From positions 1 through 44,367 of the forward strand of contig JALAGF010005749.1 of assembly GCA_030167865.1 (NCBI GenBank): a stretch of DNA of 44,367 nucleotides, given 5' to 3'. Below the pieces are notes generated by a model, which had not been told where the DNA came from, ran no database searches, and saw nothing but the letters and a program-made list of their open reading frames with translations. How positions within the stretch are numbered: position 1 is the first letter of the stretch; each line of letters begins with the position of its first letter. Positions 1 to 11,775 of the stretch are shown here, piece after piece. The stretch is from Craspedostauros australis (Eukaryota). The position numbers and the translations under genes are program-made.

Positions 1-83
1 TCTCCTCACCAACAACAACGACTTGATCACTCTACGTTCTCGGTGCGGTATCCTTCACACCCATCTACGATTACGTTCTAACA
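1..83. mobile_element. Probable terminal fragment of an LTR (Copia-type)
   Basis: Ends in ...GTTCTAACA, the reverse complement of the TGTTAGAA LTR terminus seen at 301. Truncated by the window start. Confidence 0.4.
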
Positions 84-300
84 GGTTGTGTGTGATGTCG
101 ATGTGCGTGGCTTGTGTGAATTTGGTTTGGGCGCGGAGTTCTGCGTGATGTTGACATGGATGTTGATGGTTTGTGTGTGTTTTTGTTGGTGATGGGTTGA
201 GCGAGTTTGGGCGTGGGCATCGCGAGTTCTGCATGATGCGGATGGCTTGTGTGTGTTTGTTGGAAATCCGGGGTGGTGTGATAGTAGAAAACTAATCGTT

Positions 301-838
301 TGTTAGAATCTACTTCTCTGAACTGTGAGCTCTTCATTGCTCTCAATCTCAAAGTTCGATCTCCTCCTGAGATCACCATGGGTCCCTCCGTTGGTCTAGC
401 AGGCATTCATCTTGCATTCATTGCAAGTTCATCATGGACATGCATGCACCACCGAGTACCCCATGTTCGTGCACAAAAGCACGTTGTCCTCCACTGATAG
501 TTTCGATGCTTTAGACATCGCCAAGTCGTAGGCATCACACAGGTCGGTCCATTCAACCAGATCACGGTCTCCCATTCGTCACGGGAACATCTCGGTTGGG
601 AGCTCATTCAGCTCCTCGACCATCACACATCTCCGATCATCTCCGATGTTTCGCCTGTCGTCTTCTCCGCTTACTTCGCCGATCACTTCACCGGCTTCCT
701 GGAGGTTCCTCATACCAGGTTCGTTCATAGGCCATCTCACACTTCGTGACATCGGTCTTCCTCCAGTACTCTTTTCTCATTGGTTGCGACATGGGGGCCG
801 TAGTCGCTCGTATCGTGATGTTGGTCACGATTCCAACA
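301..838. mobile_element. Solo LTR of an LTR retrotransposon (538 bp)
   Basis: Begins TGTTAGAATC and ends GATTCCAACA (TG...CA, 9/10 inverted terminal match). Left flank is TCGTT; right flank begins TC and then enters the N gap, consistent with a 5-bp TSD. Confidence 0.7.
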
Positions 839-840
839 TC

Positions 841-1004
841 NNNNNNNNNNNNNNNNNNNNNNNNNNNNNNNNNNNNNNNNNNNNNNNNNNNNNNNNNNNN
901 NNNNNNNNNNNNNNNNNNNNNNNNNNNNNNNNNNNNNNNNNNNNNNNNNNNNNNNNNNNNNNNNNNNNNNNNNNNNNNNNNNNNNNNNNNNNNNNNNNNN
1001 NNNN
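841..1004. other. Assembly gap (N run)
   Basis: Run of N. Confidence 1.
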
Positions 1005-1299
1005 GGTAATGTAGCATATCATGACATTCGGCTCCTTACTCCTGGGAGGTGCGGCAATATGGTGTTTCAGAACACCCGATTCCTGACATGTGTTTTTGTT
1101 GGTGCTTGTGTGTGTGTGCTGTGGCTTGGTTGTGCGGGCTTTTGTACGCGTGACCATAAAAATGCGCGCAACGCGCAGATTTGGGCATGAAAAGTGACTC
1201 TCTGTTCCGAGTGAATTCTCGGCAGATTTCGTCCAGGTTCGGAACAAAACCATTGATATGTACGAGGTTTGTTCCATGTTTCGAGCTCTGTATTCGTGA

Positions 1300-2700
1300 C
1301 TGTTTTTCAAAACGGGAATCCAGGGAACAAATCTAGAAACAGCCTGTAGATAGCAATTGCCGCTACCCCCACTTGAGAAACAGGAGGAGGTAATCACGAC
1401 CCAAAACAAGAGAAACCCCACTACTAGCTTTTGCGTGGTGAAATTACCTGTTTACTGACTTGGTAATGAAGAGTTCACAGTTTCAGTGGGAAATGCCCAT
1501 CATTACACATACAAATTGCATTGTGATGAGGTTCATCAACTTAGATGTACCACCTTGGATCTATGTGGTTCCCCAAACCCATCCATTGCCCAGTTGATTG
1601 ACCTGATCTTTGGGCTTGGATCTCTGCTTTACATGTCAGCTTTTGCATCCTCTCCCATCAGGATGTTGCAAATGGAGTACCTTCAATTCCTCCTTGGGTT
1701 TGCATATCAAGTATGACACAACTGCATGGTTTGGGACATGTTCGATAACAATGAAGCATTGGATTCCATTGTTGGGTTTCCATCCTTGAAGCTGTACAAT
1801 GCCTTGTGGCAGAGGATTGAGAAAGATGGCAAAATGAAGAAGGTTTTTCTGGAGCAAGCTGCAATGCAATGCAACTGCGGCTTGGAGAAATTGTATTGTG
1901 TGGAATGAACAAAGAGTGGGTAGTCACACTTGACAACAACAAGGTTCATTCCCATAGCAAGGGATCAACAAGCGGTCTGATCATAAAGCGGCACACCCAA
2001 GCAAACAGACCTGGGTAAGTACTCTCGCTTTTCCCGATCTTTTCCATTCTTCACATTCTCATGATATCATGCTCAACGTCTTCCTCTCTCCTCTTTTTCG
2101 CAACTTCAGCCCTGTTGGCATCACTGGCGTTCTAACAGCTTCTGCTGTACCCTCCGCGATCGCATTTCTGAGAGAGCGCCACAAAGACAACTGCAAATCC
2201 ACCATTGAGATCATCAAGGAGCAGTTTGCCAACAACAACACTGAACTCAATGACACTCTCATGATGATGGATCGCGGTTTCATCAACCTCAAGCTGGTTC
2301 TGCAACTTCTTGAACTTGGTGCAGAGATCCAGGGCACCCATAAGAGGACCAGATATCTTCCGTTTGGATATGGTCCTCACAGTACCATCAATAAAAAGCA
2401 GATTAACATCCATCCATTTAGTCCCAAACGTCTCTGGGTTGCTATCTCCACCAAGATCTCTGGAAGGCTGTTCGAATGTGTTGCTTACCACAACAATGGC
2501 AAGTTTGTGCTTACGGTCTCTACCACGCCTCAGGGGTTTGCGTGAGATCTGACACTCCAACACCCCACTGATGAAAAGAAGTGCAATGCTTGGTTGTCCG
2601 CACCACCCGACGCCGATTTCAAGTCTGACCGCTTCCACCAGCACTTCTCTCTCATGCTCTCGTGCCTGCACCGTTCTCCAAAGGTTGCAGCGGTGTATGT
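1300..2700 (+). pseudogene. piggyBac-like transposase relic, copy 1 (N-terminal half with D1 and D2; truncated; boundaries approximate)
   Basis: VTLDNNKVH (~1925, D1-like) and MMDRGFINLKLVLQLLELGAEIQGTHKR (D2...GT motif as in piggyBac DNWF...GT). Collinear similarity to the 6.2-10.7 kb element. Phase-2 intron GTAAGT 2015..AG 2109. Contains stops and a frameshift. Confidence 0.7.
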
Positions 2701-2748
2701 GAAAGAACACTATCGAAAAAGTCACGAGGGGAGAGCAAAAGCAAAGTA

Positions 2749-2816
2749 CCATGCTGGGATTCGAACCCGGAACCTCAGCGAGAATTATTGGTGCTCTACC
2801 GTTGAGCTGCAGGCAT
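2749..2816 (-). other. tRNA-derived sequence (pseudo-tRNA or SINE head)
   Basis: Minus strand reads TGCCTGCAGCTCAACGGTAGAGCA...GAGGTTCCGGGTTCGAATCCCAGCATG, with a D-arm/A-box and a T-arm/B-box. Anticodon and acceptor stems pair poorly. Confidence 0.65.
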
Positions 2817-2899
2817 TACGATTGCTGATCCGAACACAAGTGAAATTTATAGATAGTGGGGGCTACGGGAGTAACGTAATTTGCACTATACATATTTGT

Positions 2900-5122
2900 G
2901 CTGATACTGACGAAGCCAATGGTCAACTGATGGGGCCAAGGCGCATCCATCCTGACCTCACACAGGCAGAGCAGGACCGTTTGCACACCATCCTTTCCCT
3001 TGATGCCAAGGCAGACAAAGTCGAGGCGATCGTGTACGGTCCATGCATGGATAACACAATGCGAAGAGTCATCAGACATCATGACAACCAACTACTCATA
3101 GAATGGATGGACGGTTCCTACAGTTGGCACCATATGGACGAGGTCCGACTGCAACACCCCATATTCGTCATGCAATACATACAACGCAACCAGCTCATGA
3201 CCACTCCGCCTTTTGTTTGGATCAATGCATTCAACACCATCAACAAGCAGGTCCTTGCTGCAACAAAGCCGCAATCCAAGGTGCGATACAAGTTCGGCAT
3301 ACAAGTGCCCAACAACATCCGACATGCGTTGTACTTGGACAAGGTCAACGGTGATTCACAATGGAAGGATGCAATTGCAAAGGAAATGGGACAAATCAAT
3401 TTGTACCAGACGATTCGCAGCCCTACCAACGACGACGATCTCAACACATACAAGTGCATTCCGTACCATATCGTCTTTGACGTCAAATTCGACCTGCGAT
3501 GCAAAGCCCGATTGGTTGCAAATGGCAACATGTCTGATCCATCTGTCGAGGATGTATACTCCGGAGTCGTCACATTCAAAACAATGCGTATTGCATTCAT
3601 CATCGCCGCGATGAACGGATTGCAGGTGTGTGCTGGAGACGTGGGGAAAGCATTCTTGTATGCGAAGACACAAGAACGGTGCAACGTCATTGCGGGACCA
3701 GAGTTTGGCAACAAGCAGGGGCAGCCGCTCATCATCCACAAGGGATTGTATGGGCTCCGGACATCAAGCGCCCGCTTTCATGAGCACTTGGCTCAATCGT
3801 TCCATGAGATGGGGTTCCAACCAACACCATACGATGCGGACCTGTGGATATGTGCCCAGGAAGACCATTACGAGATGATCGCAACGTATGTTGACGATGT
3901 GCTGGTGTTCAGCCGACATTCCATGGATGTCATGAATGTGCTCAAGTCGAAATATGTGATGAAAGGCGTTGGTACCCCAATGTACTATCTTGGAGGCAAC
4001 GTTGAGCAACTGGACGATGCATGGCAACAAGACGGAATCTTCACTGCATTGTCGGCGCGAACCTACATCGGGACAGCATGTGAAAAGATCGAATCGCTGA
4101 CTCAGCAACAACTCCCACGATACAGAACTCCGATGGCGGAATCCTACCATGCAGAGTTGGATGATTCACCCTTATTAGATTCAGGGGCGGCCAACAAATT
4201 TTGCACGATGATTGGATGCGCCAACTGGATCATCACATTGGGTCGGTTCGATATCCAATTTGCCACGATGACCTTATCAAGATTTTCCATGGTTCCTCGC
4301 GAAGGACACATGAAAGCCATGTTCCGTGTGTTTGGATACCTGAAGGGACATCGCAACAGCTGCATTCTATGTGATCCCACCATACCCGATCACAACAAAC
4401 ACACATCGCATGAGAGTGACAAATGAACCAAGTACTATCCATATGCTCATGAGGAGTTGCCCCACAAGATGCCCACTCCAAAGAGTAAGGAAGCACACAT
4501 CACCGTTCATGTGGATGCCGACCATGCACATGATGCTGTTACTCGCCGTTCGGTTACAGGCATCATCGTCAAGATCAACGGGATGATCGTCCGTACCTAC
4601 TGCAAGCGCCAAAGCACGGTAGAATCATCAACATATGGTTCTGAGCTCGTCGCTGCCCGTATTGCAACCGACATGATCATGGAGATTCGCACAGCCCTAC
4701 GCGTCTTTGGGGTTCCTCTTGCTAGGCCTGATCTGCTCCTCGGTGACAACAAATCGGTGGTGTTAAACACAACTATACCTTCCAGCGTCCTCAAAAAGAA
4801 ACACTGTGGGATCGCGTATCACCGAATCCAGGAAGCCATTGCCGCCAAAGCCATTCGATTCATTCACATTTCATCGGATCAAAACGAAGCCGACATCCTC
4901 ACAAAACCTGTGTCAAAGGCATCGTTCTACCGAGTCGTCAATGCCACACTATTCAGAACTCCACATCATCTCTCGCAAATCAAGAAAGCCACGGCGAACC
5001 CACCAGCTGACCCTACCGCAATATACCTGGAGTCAACAAAGACCATTCACTTTGTATACATCGATCAGCCCAACCAAGCTGAGTCCACCATGCATGTGCT
5101 GAAGGGGCATATTGGAGCCTGA
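2900..5122 (+). mobile_element. Ty1/Copia (CoDi-like) pol relic: chromo-like domain, reverse transcriptase, RNase H; 5'-truncated, one in-frame stop at 4424-4426
   Basis: WKDAIAKEM, KARLVANG, DVGKAFL, GLYGLRTS, YVDDVL and RNaseH DADHAHD..TRRSVTG, SSTYGSEL, DNKSV, NEADILTK. ORFs 2594-4426 and 4457-5122 are in the same frame. Confidence 0.93.
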
Positions 5123-6229
5123 GCAGCAGTCAGATCCAGGTAGTTGGAAAACACATCACAGAAACCGAACAGATCACAAGAAAGGAACAAAAACGCATCA
5201 ACCAGATGGAATAGCCATAATCCTCACTCGAATTAACCATTACATCAAGTTACGTACCACTCTGACTATACCTATGCTTCAATACAGTCAGTGATCTTCT
5301 GGTGGCTGGACCAACAAACATGACAGCAGACAATGCAAATCTGGACATGACAGAGGCCCATTGCTCCACAGACTTCCAGAACCTGAAGAGCCTGAGATAC
5401 AAACATGCCAAAACAACACTGATGCCATGGTTCATGAATCCACAGAACAGTTGGACGAACAGGTACACCAATGTTGGAAATCCGGGAAACCCAGTCTCTA
5501 GTATAGTATCTGATTACCTATTCCTATTGTTGCATTGTTGGAACTATGAGCACAACATCTCCATCTCTTTCAATGCCATTTGCCATAGCATGCAGAATCC
5601 ACAGTAGCACACAGTCTTGCCCTTGCTCATGTAGTGCTGTCTCCTGCTTCATCATGTCATGCAGCATGTACTCCATGTACTTCATGTACATCTCATCATG
5701 CACATCATCATCTATTTCAGTAGTTTCATTTTGCTCTACATTCATGTCCTACATACTGCAGTCATGCATTCATTTTGTCACAGGTTTTGTCTCAATCCTG
5801 TGGCATCCTTGATTCCACCTGTTTTACAATTGATCGGTTCTGATTGTTTTCTGGATCTTTCTGATTGTTCAATCATATGATTGATCTTGTCCGTCAGGAG
5901 CACGGATTGCGTCCCTATATGTTGGTTTCTGTTTCTTCGGGTGGGATACGACCCCTACCCACTGCCCCTGTGCCCCTTCTGGTTAGACATCACCGACCAG
6001 GTTGTTGGTTTGTAGGTTCATGTTGGGACATGTTTTTTCATTGTTATGGTTCTCAGACCAAAGGAGGACAGGCTACATTGAGTTGCACAACTGGTTGTAG
6101 AATGAGGTGGGACACACTACAAGGTGGTCCGAGTGTGATCAACGAAAGATGATTCTATTGAGTCGTGATTGATACCATTGGGAAGTGCGGTAGTAATGGT
6201 TATTTTGACAAAGTCATACCCTCGATTCC

Positions 6230-9200
6230 TCAAACCAATTCTGCAGGTTCCTCTGCAGTTTTTGCGTTCGTGATCGCCCTATTTGCGGCATGTCGCTTCT
6301 TTCTGATGTCTTCGGCTTTCTCCTGCATTGCCGCGTTGTCTCGATCCTTGTAGTTCAACCTGACCTTGCCACACCATTCCTGTGGATCTCCATGGAGTAC
6401 ATAATGGCATGTGTTTTCAACATCCACTGCCTCCCCCTTCACCACAAAGTTGCAAAGGGCAAATGAGGGTGAGAGTCCATCCATCTTCAGCCACTCACTC
6501 TTTTGCTTGCCAACAGTGGAGCACACAAACATGTGACATCCAGGGTAAAGCCAATGGATTGCGCCTCCACAGACCACACAGGTACCTTGCTTGTTTATAC
6601 AACTCAATGGGACATGGTTGCCACAACCCATGTTTGCTTGGATATTGCTGTCTTGAGGGATTTCTGCTGTCATCTTCACGTTCAGAAGCTCTTGCACTTT
6701 CTCAGGGGTCACTGGATTCTGGGAGGTTGGTGGATTGCCTATGAATAGGTGTGGCAAACCTTGGGGATCTTTCTGCAGTATTCTGAGACTTGGCAAGCAT
6801 GTGATGATGATCTCCTTGCTTGGACATTCTCATTCTACTCACAGTGTCTAGCCAACATGTTATGAAGGCACGCATTGATCTTGAGCATGGACCCTTGGAA
6901 GCTCCACCTTTGGTTCACTCTGTTGCAGTAGTGGCCCAGGGTGGGGCACGTGACTACATCAGAGTTTTCCATGTGTCTGTTGGGGGTCGACATGCTGATT
7001 GAGCTTGTGGATTACAATGAACATGACTTTCAGCAGATGTGCCACTGCAGAACAGCCCATTGTTGGGTATGGAAGTAGCGATGTTTGTGACTGCATCATC
7101 CTTGACATAATGTCAGACCCACTCTTCAGAGCATTCCACAGCAAGAAGGTTTTGGGGATGAATGTTTTGACTTGGGGTACAGGGAAGCTCAAGGTCTTGT
7201 GACAGGCCTTTCAGATGCACACTTCATGCATGAGATTGTCTTCTGTGAGGTTTGCCAGGACTTCGTTGCATCCACAGAAATGTGCACGTCCGGATGTTGC
7301 ATGAAGAAACCTTGTCATGAGAGTATAGGATGGTGTAGCAATTGCTCCTTCTGTTGGTATTGGCTGGTACGCATACTCCAACAGCATTCTGTACATGACC
7401 TTCAACACCATGCCATATGCAGTAAGAAGTCGGCTTCCGAATGTAGTTGGTGACTGTCAAAATGACGGTGAGGGATGCGTTCATCGTGGTGCTCACCAAT
7501 CACAAGGAGGGCATCGGGTACACCGTAGACAAACGAATCGTGAAGAAACTAGATCGACTCTTCACATCTGGAGAATGTAGCCCTGAAGTGCATATCCTGA
7601 GACGACAAGTATGCATGCTTCTCCAGTTGGCAACCCCGTGCTTGTCTCTCTTTTTGGAACTCCTCTTCCTTCTGCTTGGTCGTCAGGGAAGCTCTTGTCT
7701 TCATTTCCACGACGATCACTCTCTCTCTCTCTGCAGCGTTGTCGTCTTCCCTCCCAATCACTCCAAGGAAGTCCACTGATGCAAGAGCATACGTCTGGAC
7801 CTTCTTGCAAACCAGCCCCACTTGGTATGCTGCTCTGACCCATGTGTTTGGTCCAAACATGTTACTGCATTCCATGGCTACCTCCATGATGGGATCCTCA
7901 TTGTCAAGACCAAGTTGGATGGGTTCTCCTGCCTCTCCTTTACATGGTTTCATGTACCAGGAAGTGAGGCATTGCTTCATCAACTTCATTTGTAGTGCCA
8001 ACAAGGATTGGTTCCCACCTGCAGTCTCATGACTGCAGCTGGCTTGTGCTTCTCTCCTGACCTCATCTGCTAATTTGATCCCATCATCCTTGATTAGGAG
8101 CTTTCTAATTCTCTCTGCAGTACCTTTTCCTTCTTTGTCTGCAGAAATCGACAACCAAACGCCATCCTCGGCCCAACTGATGTCATGATTGCATACCTCT
8201 GTTCGAATTTACACTCCGCCTCCAGAATTTCTTTCAGCTTTGAAAACGAGCCTATCAAATGCTCAAGCAGCCTTGTTGCCATACAACAGTTGAAGCAGTG
8301 AGCAAACCTCGTCTTCTGTTTGGGTCTTGGACTGCACACTGCAGCCACAGACGATTGCATGAAGCAATGCCTGCTCATCTGACAGTGTCTGTTGGTGTCC
8401 CATCGTCTCTTTGCCATGATACTGATCCCCATTGCTTCCACCATGATTGTTGGGAGCTACTTCACATGCAGTTGTCCTCCCAGAAGTATCAATCTGCTTC
8501 TTCAATTCATTCTGAATGTTGCTTTCCAGTGGGGTTGCATCAAGTGTGGATGAGTCAGAGCCTTGTAGAAGGACAGTGCTTTCTTGCTCTTGCTCTGTGC
8601 TCTCTTGGTGCTGCTGGGATCTCTGCACTTCTGCTCAAGGTCAATATCTGTGTACTCTGCAAAAATCCCCCATGATGGTCCATCAAAGCTGTTCTTGTTT
8701 GCCTTGTCCACCCATTCCTCAGACTGAAAGACTTCCCATGGCAAGTTGTAGATGAATGAGCTTGTGAATGAAAACTAGTGAAGCAAGAACCAGATTGGGT
8801 CTCTCTGAACACTGGTCAGTCCGTCCACATCCAGCTGGTGAATCGTGGTGGCCCATTGTTTGAAAGCTTCCTGTTTCTTCTGGTTGATGTTGTGTTGGAT
8901 TGATTTGATGCTCGTTGTGGCAGTCTCTCTGTCCTTGTATGTGTCAGTGGAAAGAGGCAGATTGTCTGCTTCAACCAAGTTGTGCTCTGCTGTGTTGACA
9001 GCCACACATGTTGAATGGTTTGAAGCAAAGTGAGAGAAGCACTGCGGGAAAGAGTCTGTCATTACGTCTGCATCTTCTGATGCATTTTGAAGATTGATGT
9101 TCCTCATCTCGTCCCGACAATAAACCAGTGCAAAGTCCCAATCAAACCCACCACTGGCTGTGTCGACCCCCCATGACAACTTTGCCATTTTCATAGAAGG

Positions 9201-10710
9201 CATAGCATGTGAACTGGCCTTGCCGCATACTTTCTGTTGTGGCCACCCACACATGCCGAATCCCAACCTCAGGAATGTTCATCTGGCCCTCAGGCCGTTT
9301 GTCTCTGTTTCCAAACTTGAATGGCATGTGCCCTTCACGCTTCTGTGTGCCCATGACTTTGGCTCCAAGTGTGAGCAGTTGCTCCACAATCTCCTGGCAC
9401 ATGCAACCACAATTGATGAGGACTGTCACATCTTCCAACCACAGTATGTCCTTCCCCAGATGCTGCTTCATTGTCTCTATGTTGAAGGTGTTGTCATGGC
9501 CTCTTGACTTTCGCACCCAGAATATGCCACATGGCATTCCTGATGAGGTGAATGCCATGGTGTTGGCAATGGTTCTTTGGTAGGTAGTGAAGTGAAGTTG
9601 CATGTGGAGGAAATCAAAGCAAGAGAAGCGTGAGCTGGATGATGGGTTTGGGGTTGGAGAGAGTGTTGAGCACATATTCAATAGACCACTTACCCATATC
9701 AGTTGGCCTGTATGTGGCGCACCCTTTGCAGATTGCTGGTATGTGCGCGCCTGTAACATTTGACCTTGTCATTGTCCAATGTGACATACTTTGCTGCTGT
9801 CATGTTTCGCAACACAAAGAGCTTGAGCACCTCATTGACGCTGCTCTCAAGATTTTACCGCAGATAGGTTGGCTGATCACTCTCTGGTCAAACAGCATTC
9901 ACATAGATGAGCTCCCATACTTGTTGGTATTCCTGTTGTGTTGGAAGCCCATTGCCACATGTGAGAATTGCAGTATTGTAGAGGTCTTTCACTGATAGCT
10001 GAAAGCACTCTTGGGTGGTAAATCCCACCATGAATTAAAGGAAGTTCTTGTACCCCATTCCCAAGCCTGAGGGACCAAATGCAGATGTGAAGATGTGAGA
10101 ATGCTCCCCAAAAACAAATGTAACAATGTCCAAAGTGCATGGTTGCAGCTTCTTTGTGTTGAGGGAAGTTCTTGATCAGATTTGGATGGCTTCTGACACC
10201 ATGTGCTTTCGAGACTGCTGTGTCCCAGCACTGACAGAGATGGCAACCCTGCTTATTTGCCAGTTTTGAAGAACCCAGGACATCTTCATTTGTTTCACAC
10301 CTGCAGCATCAAGGTTGTGTTGCTTCTGTGATGGGAGGTTGACAATGCTTGGTGTGTGGATGTTGCTGGCTTTGTTGATGACATGAGATCCTGCTGATGA
10401 AGTTCTCAGGTTTCCATTTTTGTGCAGCCCAGCAAATTCTGGAGGACTTTGAGACACCTCATTGGGTTCCAACTGCATTCCAAAGTTGGCAGCAAGTTTT
10501 GACACTGATGTGGCTGCATTACATGAGAGGTGGCTTGTGGCTTGTGGCATGGGAAAGCGCACTGCTTGCTTCCTCAGAACATCTGTGGCTGGTCATGTGA
10601 TGGTATGCATAGTTGCTGTGATTGTTGATGTTTGAACTGCTGGAAGGTGGAAGTCATGTGTTGAACGACTAGAAGTGCTGATGCCCATCCTGACAGTTTG
10701 GTGGGCATTT
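6230..10710 (-). pseudogene. Near-complete degenerate piggyBac-like transposase with an embedded YqaJ/lambda-exonuclease-like domain and a C-terminal Cys/His-rich domain (copy 2)
   Basis: Order on the minus strand: YVTLDNDKV (D1 ~9776); intron 9693-9575; LINCG..LLTLGAKVMGTQKR (eroded D2 ~9413); QRDPIWFLLH*FSFTSS (~8807); GLDNE (~7910); VGL..ASVD (~7780); VEMKTR (~7705); WNALKSGSDIMSR (D3 ~7113); CVVC..CHMFVC..CHYVLH (~6580-6400). Many stops and frameshifts. Confidence 0.75.
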
Positions 10711-11540
10711 GCATGTAGCTATGCGAAGCAGGGAAAATGTTTGGCGCAATTGCAAGTAGTGCAAGCCATCATGTGCGGAAGAACACAACAACGTTGATGG
10801 GTGCGAGAACAAGCCACCCGAAGGACGGAAAACAGCGTGCAAAATCCCGAAACGTTGCACACATGCCAATTTTGTTTCGCGATGTTGGTGTGCACAATCG
10901 CAGGAAGTGGCTGCTGGAGCGAAGCTGCAAGAGGGCAACGGTGACCGAACATGAAGATAACGAGCAACGAAGGAAAGCAACGACAGAGTATTCAAATTGA
11001 AAACGCATTTTCCCACGGCTTAAGTAAAACAGCATAAATAAATAAATTGTGTATGTCAAGACCGTGTGTCAAGGCCGGCACGCGACAGACGGAGGATCAC
11101 CAACACCAAATTCACCCGGATATGAAAAAGGAAGGAGTGCTGGGCCTAGTCGGTTTAGTCGTCAAACGACCATACAGTCGAACGAGGTTCAATTTGACTC
11201 TCCAGTCGTTTCAAAGCACAGTTAACTGTGTAGCTGAGCTATGTAGAGGTTGACTCCACAGTCGAGCAAAACCTCAGCATGGATATCTGAACGTTGTCGC
11301 TTTGGTTGGATCAATCAATACGCGCTTCTGTTTTGAATGCAAACACGTCGGCACGCAACGAAGCTCAAGTCCTTGGTTTCCTCCTCAGCTCGCATTGTCT
11401 GGGCATTCTTCATGGTGTGGGATCCAACCCCAAATGCGACGCAGACACTCGCGTGCTCTTTGTCTTGATCCGCTTGGTGGTTCATGGTTCTTGCTAAATT
11501 CGGCGATGGAGGATTCGACACTGTTGTTGATATTGGTATC

Positions 11541-11775
11541 TGTTGTATTGTGTTGTATTGTGTTGTATTGTGTTGTATTGTGTTGTGTTGTATTGTGTTG
11601 TATTGTGTTGTATTGTGTTGTATTGTGTTGTATTGTGTTGTATTGTGTTGTATTGTGTTGTATTGTGTTGTATTGTGTTGTGTTGTGTTGTGTTGTGTTG
11701 TGTTGTGTTGTGTTGTGTTGTGTTGTGTTGTGTTGTGTTGTGCTGTGTTGTGTTGTGTTGTGTTGTGTTGTGTTA
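11541..11775. repeat. (TGTTG/TATTG)n pentamer microsatellite
   Basis: Directly visible tandem array of ~235 bp. Confidence 0.97.

Noticed and set aside
2749..2816. Functional tRNA gene
   Set aside because: The anticodon stem does not pair and the acceptor stem is defective.
2594..4426. 610-aa ORF as a novel transposase-RT fusion protein
   Set aside because: Its first ~100 codons run through the tail of transposase copy 1 and the antisense of a tRNA-like fragment. This is chance read-through across a nested-TE junction, with a non-ATG start.
6115..6123. CACTA-element terminus (CACTACAAG; also CACTACTAG at ~1419)
   Set aside because: No matching opposite terminus or CACTA transposase; likely chance.
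6111..11230. TIR/TTAA boundaries for transposase copy 2 (GACACAC at 6111 vs GTGTGTC at 11064; palindrome CACAGTTAACTGTG at ~11217)
   Set aside because: The matches are too short and no TSD supports them, so the element ends could not be defined.
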